Shown: piece after piece, positions 50,488 through 63,702 of the stretch
Layout of the letters: each line of letters opens with the position of its first letter
How positions within the stretch are numbered: position 1 is the stretch's first letter
Assembly: GCA_951406725.2 (NCBI GenBank)
Contig: OX597831.1
Location: forward strand, 67,704,001-67,768,000
Direction of reading: 5' to 3'
DNA: 64,000 nt
Source: Octopus vulgaris
Lineage: Eukaryota
Notes under the pieces: model-generated
What the model was told of the DNA's origin: nothing
Database searches by the model: none
The model's input: only the letters and a program-made list of their open reading frames with translations
Translations under genes and position numbers: made by a program

Positions 50488-52410
50488 ATGTCGTTACATT
50501 GACGACATTATCGGTGCCACCTCACTCTCCCGTGAACATCTAGATTCCTTCCTCTCTTTCGTCCAATCTTTCCATCCAGCCCTCCACTTCACTTCCACTA
50601 TCTAAAACACCTCTGTCTCCTTCCTCAACATTTCGGTTAGCATTCTTCACTCCACTCTTACCACCTCCATTCACTACAAACACACAGACTCACACTCATA
50701 CCTCAACTTCTCTTCCTCCCACCCAGAACACACCAAGCTTTCCATCCCCTATTCCCAATTCCTCCGTCTACGTAGGCTCTGTAGTGACGACCATGACTTT
50801 GAGACTCAGTCTCAACATATGGCTCACCACTTCACCCTACGTGGATACCCCCTCACCACTATCCACACCGCCCTTGCCAGAGCACGGTCCGTGGACCGTG
50901 TATCTGCTCTCTCTCCCCGAACCCGCCCTGTAGTCTCCCGCCTCCCTTTTCCCCTCACTTACCACCCCACGATCCTACGTCTCCAACGCACCATTCTTCG
51001 AGCTTTCCGTCATCTCCAGTCCGACCCGTCCACTTCACACCTCTTCCCTAACCGACCCCTCCCCTCTTTCAAACGAGCCCACAACCTTCGAGACCTTTTG
51101 GTCCATAGCTCCTTCCCTGACCCTACCTCCCAGCCCGGCTCGTTCCCCTGCTCCCGCCCACGTTGCCGCACTTGCCCTTACCTCTCCAACACCACCCACC
51201 TCACTAGCACCCACCATCGACCCTATCCCATCATCCACTCCTTCACCTGCACCTCCAGCAATATTATCTATTGCGTCTCTTGCTCTCTCTGCAATTCCTT
51301 GTACATCGGACAAACGGGACGCCGCTTGGCTGACCGGTTCGCGGAACACCTTCGTGACATCCACCTTGCGAACGACACACCGGTCTCACGCCATTTCCGC
51401 TCCACCAGTCACTCCTTGCAACACCTATCTGTGTTTGGTTTGTCCTTACACAGAGGCCATCCGGATTCCCGTTTGCGCCGTGAACAGGAATTAATCTTCT
51501 CTCTTCGCTCTTATACGCCATTTGGTCTCAACTCTCCCCCCTCTCTCCCCCCTCCTCACCTATCCTTCCCCCCCCCCCGACCCCTACTTCTTCAGTCCTT
51601 CATCCTTTCACCCCCTACTCCCCTTCCCTTCTTCCCTCTTTCTCCCTCCCTCCTTCCCTCTTCCCTCTGCTCCCTCACTCCCCTTCTCTCCCCCGCCCCC
51701 TCTTTCCTCCTTCCTCCTTCCTCCCCTCCCCTCCCCTCCCCTTCCTTCCCCCTCCTCTCTCCCCCTCCCCTCCTCTTCCCCCTCCTCCCCCTCTTCTTCC
51801 CCTCCCCTTCTCCCCCTCTTCTCCCCCTCTTCTCCCCTTCTCCCCCTCTTCTCCTCACTACACCACACGACTTTACACATCACACCATATATGATGTGCC
51901 ATACTAATACATACACCAACTAATACATACTAATACGTACTAATACATACTAATACATACTAATACATACACCAACCCTATACATACACACGTCCAGACC
52001 CCTCATACGCACTTATACTCTCTCATACACACACACACACACTTATACATACTAATACGTACTAATACATACACCAACCCCATACATACGCCTGTCCAGA
52101 CCTATCCTAGGGTCATTCAACCCTATTATCAACCCTATTATCTCCCCTTATTTCGCTCTCGCGTCTCATGTTTGATCTTTGACCTCTGGCCGAAATCAGA
52201 TCGCCATGTTGATTCGTTAGTTACTGCACGCATTTTTTTTCTCTCCTTCTTTCTGTGTTTTTTTTCTCTCTGTGTATCTTTCTGTTGAAGAGCGTAGGCT
52301 CGAAACGTTAAAGACTTGTTTTATTTATATTTCCTGAGCGCCATACTAATACAATTGTTTGTTTGTTTTCCACCTGCCTTCGTCTTTTGTCTATTTTCAT
52401 AAAGCTTCCC
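50488..52410 (+). mobile_element. 5'-truncated Penelope-like element (RT C-terminus, GIY-YIG, CT-rich 3' region, hammerhead pLTR)
   Basis: RYIDDII at ~50493, IHYKHTDSHSYLNFSSSHP, CSRPRCRTC, IIYCVSCSLCNSLYIGQTGRRLADRFAEH. Begins and ends at TA repeats. Confidence 0.9.
52277..52314 (+). ncRNA. Minimal type I hammerhead-like motif (CUGUUGA core)
   Basis: TCTTT-CTGTTGA-A-GAGC(GTAG)GCTC-GAAA-CG-TT-AAAGA. Confidence 0.7.
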
Positions 52411-52424
52411 GTTATATATATATA

Positions 52425-52464
<40 letters not shown>

Positions 52465-52466
<2 letters not shown>

Positions 52467-52697
52467 CGATGATAGATCGTTAGCCACTACACACATTTTT
52501 TCTCTCCTTCTTTCTCTCCTTGTTCTTCTCTCCTTTTTTCTCTCCTTGTTTCTCTCCTTGTTTTTTCTGTGTCCCTTTCTGTAGAAGAGCGTAGGCTCGA
52601 AACGTAACAGACTTTTTCTATTCCTGAGCGTTATACTAATACATCTGTTTGTTTTGTACACCTCCTGTCTCAGTCTTTTGTTTTTTTCCTAAACTCT

Positions 52698-52700
<3 letters not shown>
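52465..52700 (+). mobile_element. Solo PLE pLTR-like unit with hammerhead-like motif at 52571-52612
   Basis: CTGTAGA-A-GAGCGTAGGCTC-GAAACGTA. Similar to 52230-52410 and flanked by TA. Confidence 0.7.
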
Positions 52701-52734
<34 letters not shown>

Positions 52735-52738
<4 letters not shown>

Positions 52739-53146
52739 TGCAGGCATGGCTGTGTGGTAAGAAGCTTGCTTCTCAAACACATGGTTCCAGGTTCAGTCTC
52801 ACTGTGTAGCACCTTCAGCGAGTTTCTTCTACTATAGCCTTGGGTTGACCAAAGCCTTGTGAATGGATCTGGTAGACAGAAACTGAAAAAAGCCCATCAT
52901 ATATATACATATGTACATGTATATATTTGTGTATGTGTGTGTGTTTGCCCCCCCATCATCACTTGATAACCGATGCTGGTGCGTTTATATCCCTGTAACT
53001 TAGCAGTTTGCCAAAAGAGACTGATAGAAGAAGTACTAGGCTTACAAAGAATAAAGTCTGGGGGTGATTTCTTCGACTAATACTCTTTAAGGTGGTACTC
53101 CAGCATGGCTGCAGTCAAATGACTAAAAAAAAGCAAAGGAATAAAA

Positions 53147-53148
<2 letters not shown>
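52735..53148 (+). mobile_element. SINE family A
   Basis: Full-length match to 2021-2425. Confidence 0.88.
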
Positions 53149-53185
<37 letters not shown>

Positions 53186-53187
53186 CA

Positions 53188-53780
53188 CTAGCAGCTAAGC
53201 CCAGTTTCACCCAGTCAGTTTGGATGCTGTGGCTGTAAAACCTGCTCTGTGTAAGCATTCGACTTGTTTGGGCATGCTTACGTTAAAAAACAATTTTCAA
53301 ATGACATTTTTCTGTCAAAATTCTAAAAATAACTACCCCCCCCCAAAAAAACAACCAAGATTCAACCAAATCAAAAAATAAACCCAAATACTAAGTGAAC
53401 AAAGATGAATCATCCCACTTTCATTGCACACACATGTGCACACACACACACATGTGCACACACACAAGCACATATCCCTTTTTACATACACACACATATA
53501 TTCGCACAGAGTTGAAACGCTGTTTGATTTATTTTTTTCAGTATACAATTTTCATTATCCCACTACCAAGTATGACATCACTCCTTCCTTTCTCATTCAT
53601 AAACACAAGAGTATTATTATAGTAGATAATCTCAGTAACCATGGGATCTATGGAAAAAATACAATGCCACTGGATCACCACTGGATCATTCCACACATCT
53701 GTGTAATTTTTCTCGCAATTCCACCCAGCCATTTGACCGTGACAAGAAAGAATCGCCCATGTCAAATTTATATGTATAGA
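53188..53780 (-). mobile_element. Non-autonomous Helitron
   Basis: Minus strand reads A|TCtatacatataa ... ctgggcttagctgCTAG|T. No TSD, internal microsatellite. Confidence 0.7.
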
Positions 53781-55279
53781 TATATATATATCAGTTTCCT
53801 ATCTCTTCTGGAACAGGCAATGTGTATTTTTATGCTTAAAATTTGTCTCTTGCTATATTGAGGCATTCTTGTGATATGTGGCTGTGGAACAGTGCATATT
53901 TAGTATTTCAAAAACTTTATTCTGGGACCAGTTTTATATGACTAAGTTGTACATCCATACAGCATGTAACACAATACATTTTGTGCATATAAACATTTTT
54001 ATATAATACTCTAGCCTATTATTCCCATCTTTTATTGTGTTTAGAATGGTTATACCTATACTATGTTGTGATCAGTTTCATTTCTGATCTTTGTTGGGGT
54101 TCATAGACACAGAATGAGATGTACATCCCTAATAACATTCTATTGCATACAGAAAAGTTCTGCTTTCATGAAAAATAAAATAATCCCTGAATTCTTTCCA
54201 CACAGTATGTAACATAATTCATTTTGTTTCAGTAAGTTCACTTTGCCTTGCTGAACGATATCTATTAGGTGCTTGTGACAAAACGAGAGAATATTGTGTT
54301 TTATTTAGTATAGGTAGGTGAAAATTATGATAGTCATTCAAAGTGTAGGTTGAGACTGATAATATCTCTCAGTTTCAAAATGAAAGACTTGTAGAGTAAT
54401 TAGTAGACGTTATGTGAAGAAATGAGAAGCAAGTGAGCCCAAATATCCAGTTCTCAGTGACACAGCAGTACTAATTGTAACTTTAATCTGAAACAATATT
54501 TATCTCAAAAGACTGTTTTTACATGTGGAAAAAATTGTATCATATATTGGTAGGTCAAGTTCATCATTTGATGGACAAAACTTTAAATAGTTTGTTTAAT
54601 CTCTCACTCATCAACTAGAAGTGATGTATATCTATACTTTCAAAAGCTCCAATAAAACTTAAGTTTTGTAAGGTGATTTTCTTAAGGTTATTTTACAGGT
54701 GTCTCACAGAGCTTAAACATACAAACTTCCAATCAGTTTCATTGTACAAATTTTGTATACTGTATCATACTCATGAAGAAATTATCAGTTAGACTCTAAG
54801 ATTTTCATCTTTACCAAAATTATCTTACTAGCTATTTAAATCCATTATCTGGTCCATTAAATTATTAAGCAATGAAAACTAATCTTTACATTTGATTTGT
54901 TGATATGATTCTATCTCTGAGGCATAAATAGGTCAGGAATTCTTTACATTTGAAATTAACATCATAAGCTAATCTTAGTTAAAAATTCTGTGTTAATCTT
55001 ACTTGCAACACAAAAATTATGTATGGCCTGTAATGCATGACTATGATACTATAATAGCATTGCTGGCTTGCCAACAATGCTATTATATAACTATGATGCT
55101 GATACATCAGTCACTGGGGATTATGCCTTCCTGAATAACCTGATTAACTATATGGGCAACTAGACCATATCCAACTCTACCAGATATCTTAAGTATCTCA
55201 GCAGTGACCCCTGATGTTACCACGGGCCTTCCCTGTCTCCATATTGCCTTACTTATCATGCTGCCAACAACTTGATTAA

Positions 55280-55512
55280 CTAGTTAAGTTAAGTTAAGTT
55301 AATTTTTTTGGCTCAAAAAGCAAAGCAAGGCCATGTAGGGGGACAGGGAGTTATGTACAGGGAGGGTGTTCATGCAAAGAGTTCAGGCCATTTCTGGTCA
55401 AGAGAGTCTTTGAACCGAGCGGTCATCGGCATCTTCACTATCTTGTCCGGCAGCTTATTCCACGGATCTGCAACCCGGACGGAGAAAGCCCCTCTCCTTC
55501 GATTGAGATGAA
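55280..55512 (-). mobile_element. CR1-like LINE 3' end with (TTAAC)n tail
   Basis: Homologous to 58800-59030 in the opposite orientation. Confidence 0.7.
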
Positions 55513-55983
55513 ATCATGGGGGAGACTACCTTTGTTTCATTTATTCTCCACATTGAATAGCCTTTCATAGTAGCTTTTCCACACTTCTTTCTTTTCAGGG
55601 TCATTAAGAACAAGCATACCATTATCCATCCATACACACTTCTCTCTAACACACTCTCTGGCAATCTGGAACATCTCAAGTTTCTGATCTTTATGCTGTA
55701 AGACATAGACAAACCTCTTCCTTTTTGCATCTGCCCTAGCTAGATAAAGCTGACACATGTGTACACATAAGTGCATACATGGATAATGCATTACACATAG
55801 AAACATGCATGTGGGACCCACAGGTTACTTATATGCATTACATGTACCCATATAGCTATGCACTCATAAAACAGTTCACAGAGTGTAATATTGTCAAGTG
55901 CAGTATCTATATATATAAATACACACATACACACATCATACATAGACATGCATACATATAATTATGTGTGTAAATAAATACCC

Positions 55984-56373
55984 ATAGAGTGGTTGTATAC
56001 TGTCAACTTAACATGACAGTAGGGGATTACACCACCGCTGTTTAGCCCTAGGAAGCATTGATGCTTCCTGTCGGCTTCGACACATTTCCTGTGTCCGTAT
56101 AACTTAACATGACAGTAGGGGATTACACCACCGCTGTTTAGCCCTAGGAAGCATCGACGCTTCTTGTCGGCTTCGACACATTTCCTGTGTCCTTATATAT
56201 TTACGACACATTTCGAAGTCGACAGGAAGCGTCGATGCTTCCTAGGGCTAAACAGCGGTGGTGTAATCCCCTACTGTCACGTTAAGTTGACAGTATACAA
56301 CCACTCTATCGCCCCACCACTGTACATATCTCTATGAGATATTTAGAAATTTAATATTTCTAAATACCCATAG
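55984..56373. mobile_element. Mini-element: 96-bp direct repeat plus inverted copy, bounded by a 13-bp direct repeat
   Basis: aacttaacatgacag occurs at 56005 and 56101. 56213-56309 is the inverse of 55984-56080. taaatacccatag occurs at 55975-55987 and 56361-56373. Confidence 0.85.
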
Positions 56374-56707
56374 TTCTCCCATAAACATGCCCATATGTGA
56401 GCAGAATAAACAAACATATATGAGCATCATTACATGTGTTTGTTCTTGAACATCCATCACAAAGCTGGCAGTGTTGAAACAAGATTCAATTCAGATTGCA
56501 TAAATAGATGCTCCTCCGTGAAGATTTCGAGGAGAGAATTGAAAATTTTTGATTTTCCAACTGAAATTGAAAGTAGATAGAGAAAGAGAAAATGACTGCA
56601 ATATCAAAGGGGAGAAAGGGGGGAATTGAAAATTTCTGATAGAAATTGGAAGTTAAACCTGTAAGAGAGATTGATAGACAGATTGGGATATGTCCATAAT
56701 ATCACAT

Positions 56708-56729
56708 AGAGAGAGAGAGAGGGGGAAAA

Positions 56730-56784
<55 letters not shown>

Positions 56785-56839
56785 TGAGAGAGAGAGAGAA
56801 AGAGAGAGAGAGAGAAAGAGAGAGAAAAAGAGAGAGAGA

Positions 56840-56881
<42 letters not shown>
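56708..56881. repeat. (GA)n/GAGAAA microsatellite
   Basis: Direct reading. Confidence 0.95.
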
Positions 56882-56884
<3 letters not shown>

Positions 56885-57575
56885 GACTTTTATTTTGCTG
56901 GTGGATTGTAGTGTCACCATTGTAAAGAACAAAGACAAAAACCAACTATCAGTTGTATTAAAATCTAAATAAAAACTGCAGCCACGAATGTAAATTCGAA
57001 TTCAATAACACGTTGTTCTGTAACCTAAAATCATACTTAATCAAAACTGACAAAGCAAGACCTATCCACCCACACAGTAAAATCTTAGGGAGAAAAGACA
57101 AACTTGAGAACCTTCTCAGCATCATACACAGGAAATATCTATTTTTTCTTCTTGCATTGTGACAATTTGCATCCAATCATCTATCTGTCGTTTATAGATC
57201 CACTGAAGACATGAAACAGCAGGGAGGTGTTCTCTTTAAGTGTATGAAATTGGTGAATCTTATATTGAAAGTGAAGATGTGAAATTTTATATAGACTTAT
57301 TTATTGTTGGTGAGAATCATTTGCAATCAGGCTGTCTTAACGGATGCTTTAGTTTGAAGATAAAAAATATATATTTTATTGACGTCATGACTGTTGACTA
57401 AAACACAGGAATAGTTATTGTATATTAAATGCAATGAGTGAACAATGTACTTGACTTTCTTGCAAATACAAAGTTCAGTAGTTACAGGATTTTCTAACAT
57501 ATACTCAAGTATATGTATTTTGTGGAGAGATTTATTTGATTAAATCGACTTCAAGGAGTTCACTAATACCTAAGT

Positions 57576-57798
57576 GAGCTGGCAGAAACGTTAGCACGCC
57601 GGGCGAAATGCGTAGCCGTATTTTGTCTGCCGTTATGTTCTGAGTTCAAATTCCGCCGAGGTCGACTTTCCCTTTCATCCTTTCGGGGTCGATAAATTAA
57701 GTACCAGTTACGCACTGGGGTCGATATAATCGACTTAACCCGTTTGTCTGTCCTTGTTTGTACTCTCTGTGTTTAGCCCCTTGTGGGTAGTAAAGAAA
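57576..57798 (+). mobile_element. SINE family B
   Basis: Matches 508-740. Confidence 0.88.
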
Positions 57799-58764
57799 CC
57801 AATTTTATTGACCTAAGCGAGATGAAAACTAAAGTCAGTCTTATTCAGAATTTGACATCAAAAAGTGGAATAACCATGTTGATTGCTCATATAACTGGGT
57901 CTAGACTAGGCCTGTTATGAAGGAGCTTCAGAGTTAGAAAAATAAGTTACTAGTTTCTAGTTGAGAATTTGAAGAAAGAAAATAGGTTGAGATGGGAACC
58001 CACTAGGGGGATAATAAAGAAATCTGAGGGGATTTCCTTATAACAACTGCCATCAAGGCATACTACATGGAGTTAAGCCATGAGGAACATTGAGAGTAAA
58101 TGTAACAAAATATGTTATTTAATAATATGTTAACAAAATACTTTAATATAACAAAATATGTTAATTTTTGCATGCACAAATATGTGTGTGCACATGCACA
58201 TGCAAATATGCATACATGTTGTGTGTGACATATGTGAGTCATTATGTGTGTATGTGTGTATGTCTGATCAGGTCAGTGGGTGCATGTACCATTGCAGTAT
58301 GTCACTATTTGCTATTTGCTTGGGTCATCTCAGACAACCCATTGAGCAGTGTCTCAATCAGTCTGCATCTCTCCAAGATAGTTCCTCATCTGCTGTGACC
58401 ATGTGGCATGTGTCCAACTAACACAAACCATCACCCTAGCTTGATTCTCAGAGAAGAACATGGTACGCAGGACCCAGGTAACTTGGAAAGTCAAGCAATA
58501 TGACCAAGTAGTCAGAGCTGATGCTCCCAAATCATACAAGCAGCATGATGCATACTAGTTTCTTTAGTATAATCCGTGGTCAGATGCAAAATCCAGCCAA
58601 CAGCTATCCATAATCCTGCAAAGTGTCCTGATACCAAAAGAGTTTGGACAGCTGTTAAGAGCCCTGGATAACAATGCTCAAGTCTTGCAGCTATAGTGTG
58701 TGTGTGTAACTTTTATACACACACATGTTGGTGGTGGATGCCAGTCATTTGATGATAAAAATTA

Positions 58765-59030
58765 AGTCTGCGGGGTCATTCTGAAAAGCTCTATATGCGA
58801 CGATTTCATCTCAATCGAAGGAGAGGGGATTTCTCCGTCCGGGTTGCGGATCCATGGAACAAGCTGCCAGACGAGATGGTGAAGATGCCGACGACCGCTT
58901 TGTTCAAAGTCTCCCTTGACCACAAGTGGCCTGAACTCTTTACATGAACACCACCCTGTACATAACTCCATGTCTGCCTACATGGCCTTGCTTTTTGAGC
59001 CAAAAAATTAACTAACTAACTAACTAACTA
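58765..59030 (+). mobile_element. CR1-like LINE 3' end with (CTAA)n tail
   Basis: RRRGDFSVRVADPWNKLP-type terminus followed by a short-repeat tail. Confidence 0.7.
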
Positions 59031-59125
59031 AGTCGTTCAATTATCCTAATTACTTGTTCCTGAATTAATGTGTCAGTGACTGAACATTCATCAGACACGT
59101 GTACCCATGATTTTCTGACAGAATC

Positions 59126-59530
59126 AGCAGGAGTGGCTGTGTGGTAAGTAGCTTGCTAACCGACCACATGGTTCTGGGTTCAGTCCCACTGCATGGCATC
59201 TTGGGCAAGTGTCTTCTGCTATAGCCCCGGGCCGACCAATGCCTTGTGAGTGGATTTGGAAGACGGAAACTGAAAGAAGCCTGTCGTATATATGTATATA
59301 TATATATATGTGTGTCTGTGTTTGTCCCCCTAGCATTGCTTGAAAACCGATGCTGGTGTGTTTACGTTCCTGTCACTTAGTGGTTCAGCAAAAGAGACCG
59401 ATAGAATAAGTACTGGGCTTACAAAGAATAAGTCCCGGGGTCGATTTGTTCGACTAAAAGGCGGTGCTCCAGCATGGCCGCAATCAAATGACTGAAACAA
59501 GTAAAAGAGTAAAAGAGTAAAAGAGAGAGT
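59126..59530 (+). mobile_element. SINE family A
   Basis: Full-length match. Confidence 0.9.
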
Positions 59531-59981
59531 ATGATACAATGTGTGATAAGATTGTACCTCATGAATTACAGGTACATTTCCCTTGATGTTTTCTGTAAAG
59601 TTTCTGTTTACAAGGTATGGATTGTCTCACGAGGTTTGAGTTGACCCGAGGCTAATGAATATAGCATTTACATTGAAGCCAGAACCACATGATTACATAG
59701 AAAACTTCTCAGTCATTCAGGTTGACATACATACACACATATGCACATGTATATATATGTGTGTGAAAGAAAGAAACGGAGAAGCTTATATTATCTAAAG
59801 TGAGAATATTTTCCATACCAAATAGCAGTGAAAATTGTTTTTTTTACAAGTCAAATATGCCCCATACATATTTGAACTGATCTAAATGTTTGGTTAATTC
59901 ACAACACTGCTTCATGTGCCTACAACATATACATATATACATATTTATATATGCATGCATACATACATACATACATACATA

Positions 59982-60272
59982 TGGCCGATGCCAGCACCGC
60001 CCCGACTGGCTTCCGTGCCGGTGGCACATAAAATACACCAATCTGACCGTGGCCGTTGCCAGCCTCGCCTGGCACCTGTGCAGGTGGCACGTAAAAAGCA
60101 CCCACTACACTCACGGAGTGGTTGGCGTTAGGAAGGGCATCCAGCTGTAGAAACATTGCCAGATAAGACTGGAGCCTGGTGCAGCCTTCTGGCTTCCCAG
60201 ATCCCCGGTCGAACCGTCCAACCCATGCTAGCATGGAGAACGGACGTTAAACGATGATGATGATGATGATGA
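59982..60272 (+). mobile_element. SINE 3' part with (GAT)n tail
   Basis: ggttggcgttaggaagggcatccagctgtag..ggacgttaaacgatgatgat. Confidence 0.7.
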
Positions 60273-60296
60273 TACATACATACATACATACATACA

Positions 60297-60848
60297 TGGT
60301 GGTGGCTGCCCCCTCGTTATCGAGTAAGGCCATTGCACAATGTTGTTATCGTGCAATGCCTGTGCAAGAAGATTCTTTTTAAAGTGAGGAAAGGCTGTGC
60401 ACTGAGTCAATCCCATTCACTAAGCAACAGCAGCCATAATCTGAAAAGAAGAACAAGTCAACATCATCAGTAACCACTGAGCAGCAGGTTTTATGTCGGA
60501 ATTATCCCAGTTACCTGAGTTACCTTCTCCTAGAAGGATGCCCTAACAAAGGCTATAGGAGTCCTTCACTCCCAATGGTTTAACCGCACGATCGGGTATT
60601 CAGTCCGATTATTTCTATGTCCCCGCGCATGATACAGCCTTAAGACATTTATTGGATGGCCGTTGACTCTCAAGAGTTCCTCCGCCTTTTGACGGGTTTT
60701 GTTTTTCATCCTGCAGGAGTGTCCTATAAACACCCTCCTCACCAAGCAAGCTTGGTAGGTATGCTGGATTAGTCGCCGACAACCCAACCATGCAACAGGT
60801 TGTACTGGGTTACATGTTGCCAGTAGCACTCGAAAGTGACCTGACATG
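60297..60848 (-). mobile_element. Non-autonomous RTE-like element inserted in (CATA)n
   Basis: Bounded by (CATA)n on both sides, with an RTE-like 3' end (ctcgataacgagggggcagcc). No ORF. Confidence 0.5.
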
Positions 60849-60895
60849 ACATACATGCATACATACATACATACATACATACATACATACATACA

Positions 60896-60926
<31 letters not shown>

Positions 60927-60930
60927 GAGT

Positions 60931-61131
60931 ACGAGAGAGTGCTGAAAAGTTCCTGGTTTTGAGTAAAAGAAAATACAGGAGAATCATATAATTATGATTT
61001 TATTCAACATATTCCCCTCTCAGATTCACACACTTATTGCAGCAGTCCTTCAGCCTTGTAAAAAAACTCGGAAAGTTGGGCCACCAGCCAAGCCTTTCAT
61101 GATACCCTCAAAGCTTTCCAGCATCCCCTTG
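60931..61131. mobile_element. Degenerate mariner-type MITE
   Basis: ta-cgagagagtgctgaaaagttc with imperfect inverse ctttccagcatccccttg. Confidence 0.5.
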
Positions 61132-61197
61132 GATATACATTTTCTACTGTGAAAGCATAAGTTTAACCCTAAAATGAAAATTTAAATGAACCCTAAT

Positions 61198-61363
61198 AGG
61201 CATAGGAGTGGCTGTGTGGTAAGTAGCTTGTTTACCAACCACATGGTTCTGGGTTCAGTCCCACTGCATGGCACCTTGGGCAAGTGTCTTCTACTATAGC
61301 CTTGGGCCAACCAAAGCCTTGTGAGTGGATTTGGTAGACGGAAACTGAAAGAAGCCTGTCGTA

Positions 61364-61418
<55 letters not shown>

Positions 61419-61640
61419 ATATGTTTGTGTGTCTGCGTTTGTCCCCACAACATCGCTTGACAACCGATGCTGGTGTGTTTACATCCCCATAACTTAGCGA
61501 TTCGGCAAAAGAGACCGATAGAATAAGTACTAGTCTTACAAAGAATAAGTCCTGGGGTCGATTTCCTCAACTAAAGGCGGTGCTCCAGCATGGCCACAGT
61601 CACATGACTGAAACAAGTAAAAAGTAAAAAGTAAGTAAAG
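61198..61640 (+). mobile_element. SINE family A
   Basis: Full-length match. Confidence 0.9.
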
Positions 61641-61949
61641 TATATATATTTTTAACTCTTGGGATATGTGCCTATTCTCCACCCACTTAGTTATGCTCCC
61701 ACTTGCAAATAATATAAAATGTAATTTCGGTAAGAAAAGCAACTCCACATTCATATTGTTGCCAGCTACAACAGTTCAAACAGAGAAAAACATACTGAAG
61801 AGTTAGTGAGCAGAGAGGGCCATAATTAAGAATGTATTTGATTAGAGTGTGGTTTAAAGGAGATTTGGTTACATGGCCAAATAACTTTCTTGTTTTGGAT
61901 CTAACACCCGTGGGCATAATTACAAAGTCAGAAAACAGCACAGCTCCCA

Positions 61950-62224
61950 TGACTTTAGGAAACGTTTTTTCACGCTGAGAGTTGATGAAGCATGGAACAA
62001 ACTGCCGGCATCAGTTGTTAGTTGTCAGAGCACTGCATCCTTCAAAACTTCCATGCTTTCTGAGATTCGCCAACACTACACCTGATTTTCTTCCCTCCAT
62101 ACACACACAAGCATGTATCTGACTCATGCATTGTTCGCTTTCCAGACATTTGTACATTACTGCATACACTTTACATGCACTTTCTGACAAGTTGTGGTGC
62201 ACCTGAGCACTGTATACAATAATT

Positions 62225-62255
<31 letters not shown>

Positions 62256-62310
62256 CATTATTATTATTATTATTATTTTTATTATCATTATTATTATTAT
62301 TATTATTAAA
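61950..62310 (+). mobile_element. CR1/L2-like 3' end with (ATT)n tail
   Basis: FFTLRV.EAWNKLP motif, then a 3' UTR and (ATT)n. Confidence 0.6.
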
Positions 62311-63239
62311 TTGTGTAATTTACTGATACACATGTAATATAAAGGCATAAAGGCACTATACTTCTATGGATGCTAAGGATTGTTTTTTGCTAACTTGAAC
62401 TTGAATTTGCCAGTAATTTTTCAGTTGTGTTCATATTTTATCAAGAGTAAGACAAAAAGGATTACTGCAAATTATTGTAATTAACTGAATGTTGCTATCC
62501 ATATCTATTGATAATGGTCTAAGTTGAGAAATGTGAGAAAGAGTAAAGAATTTTCCTATAAAATTATATGTTGATCAAAACTAAAAAGGAGAATTCATTT
62601 GCTTGCAAGATAAAAATAATATGCAAAAATGAAATTTGTCACATTTTTTGAGAATAATATTATAGAACCATTGAAGTGACTAAATCAGTTGCAAAAATAT
62701 TCCAAATTACTAAATTTTTTTCTGATTGATTTAAAATGATACCAACCACAAGAATGAGTTTTATGGAAGTTGTTTGTTAGATCTTGTTTAACTTATAAAG
62801 ACCTTCAGTTTAAAAGATTACTGCAAGGATAAATTGCATTTGAGTTTTATCAGCATTATACCAAAGGTTTAAACATATCAATTGATACTAGTATATGTCA
62901 ACAAAACAAAAGAATTAACGATTTAGCACAAGTATAATCTTTATGAATTTCTAAAGTAGTGAACTAAATATGAACAGTAATATATATGCCTTTAGTCTTT
63001 TCAAAAATTGTGTTTAATGGTTTCAATATACCTAAACATATTACATGTTAACCAAAATTCAAAGAATAGTTATATCAAATGTTGTAATTTTTATAGTATA
63101 ATTAATTTGAATGCTTCATTTATTGCCTCACCACAGATAAAAAATAATTTAAGTCTATTATCAATAAAACCTTTAGTTTTTGCTGGAAACGGGGAGGCAT
63201 TAAATAAATTCAGCTATAAAAAGCCTCTTCGTTTGAACG

Positions 63240-63400
63240 AGCATGGGTATGTAGCAAAAAGGTTTGCTTCCCAACCACATGGTCCTGGGTTCAGTCTTGC
63301 ATGGCACCTTGGGAAAAGTGTTTTCTACTCTAGGCTCAGGCTGATCAAAGCCTTGTGAATGGATTTGGTTGATGAAAACTGAAAGTAGTTCATCATAATA
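63240..63400 (+). mobile_element. SINE family A, decayed 5' part
   Basis: Matches the family A head. Confidence 0.75.
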
Positions 63401-63423
63401 ATGCATATGTGTGTGTGTGTATG

Positions 63424-63490
<67 letters not shown>

Positions 63491-63702
63491 TTATATAGTA
63501 CAAAGTAAGATAGGGGTTATGAAAGTAGCCCACTATGGGATATCAGTTATCCAATATACTGCTGGTTAAAGTACCCCAAATACTAAATACATAAATGCTT
63601 ATAATTGCAATGCAATTAATTCATTTATTGTATTGAATGGGTGATGGTAAAAATTATTTTACTGTAAATTCATAATACAAATAAGAAAATGGAGGAACAA
63701 AT

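Noticed and set aside
51520-51907. Pro/Leu/Ser-rich C-terminal extension of the PLE ORF
   Set aside because: It is read-through into a CT-rich low-complexity tract that cannot contain stop codons.
56890-57280. Possible host exon or hydrophobic ORF
   Set aside because: No recognisable homology, stops interrupt it, and splice signals are ambiguous.
60700-60790. Possible HDV-like ribozyme at the 5' end of the RTE-like element (minus strand)
   Set aside because: I could not assign P1, P1.1, P2 and P3 pairings convincingly by eye.
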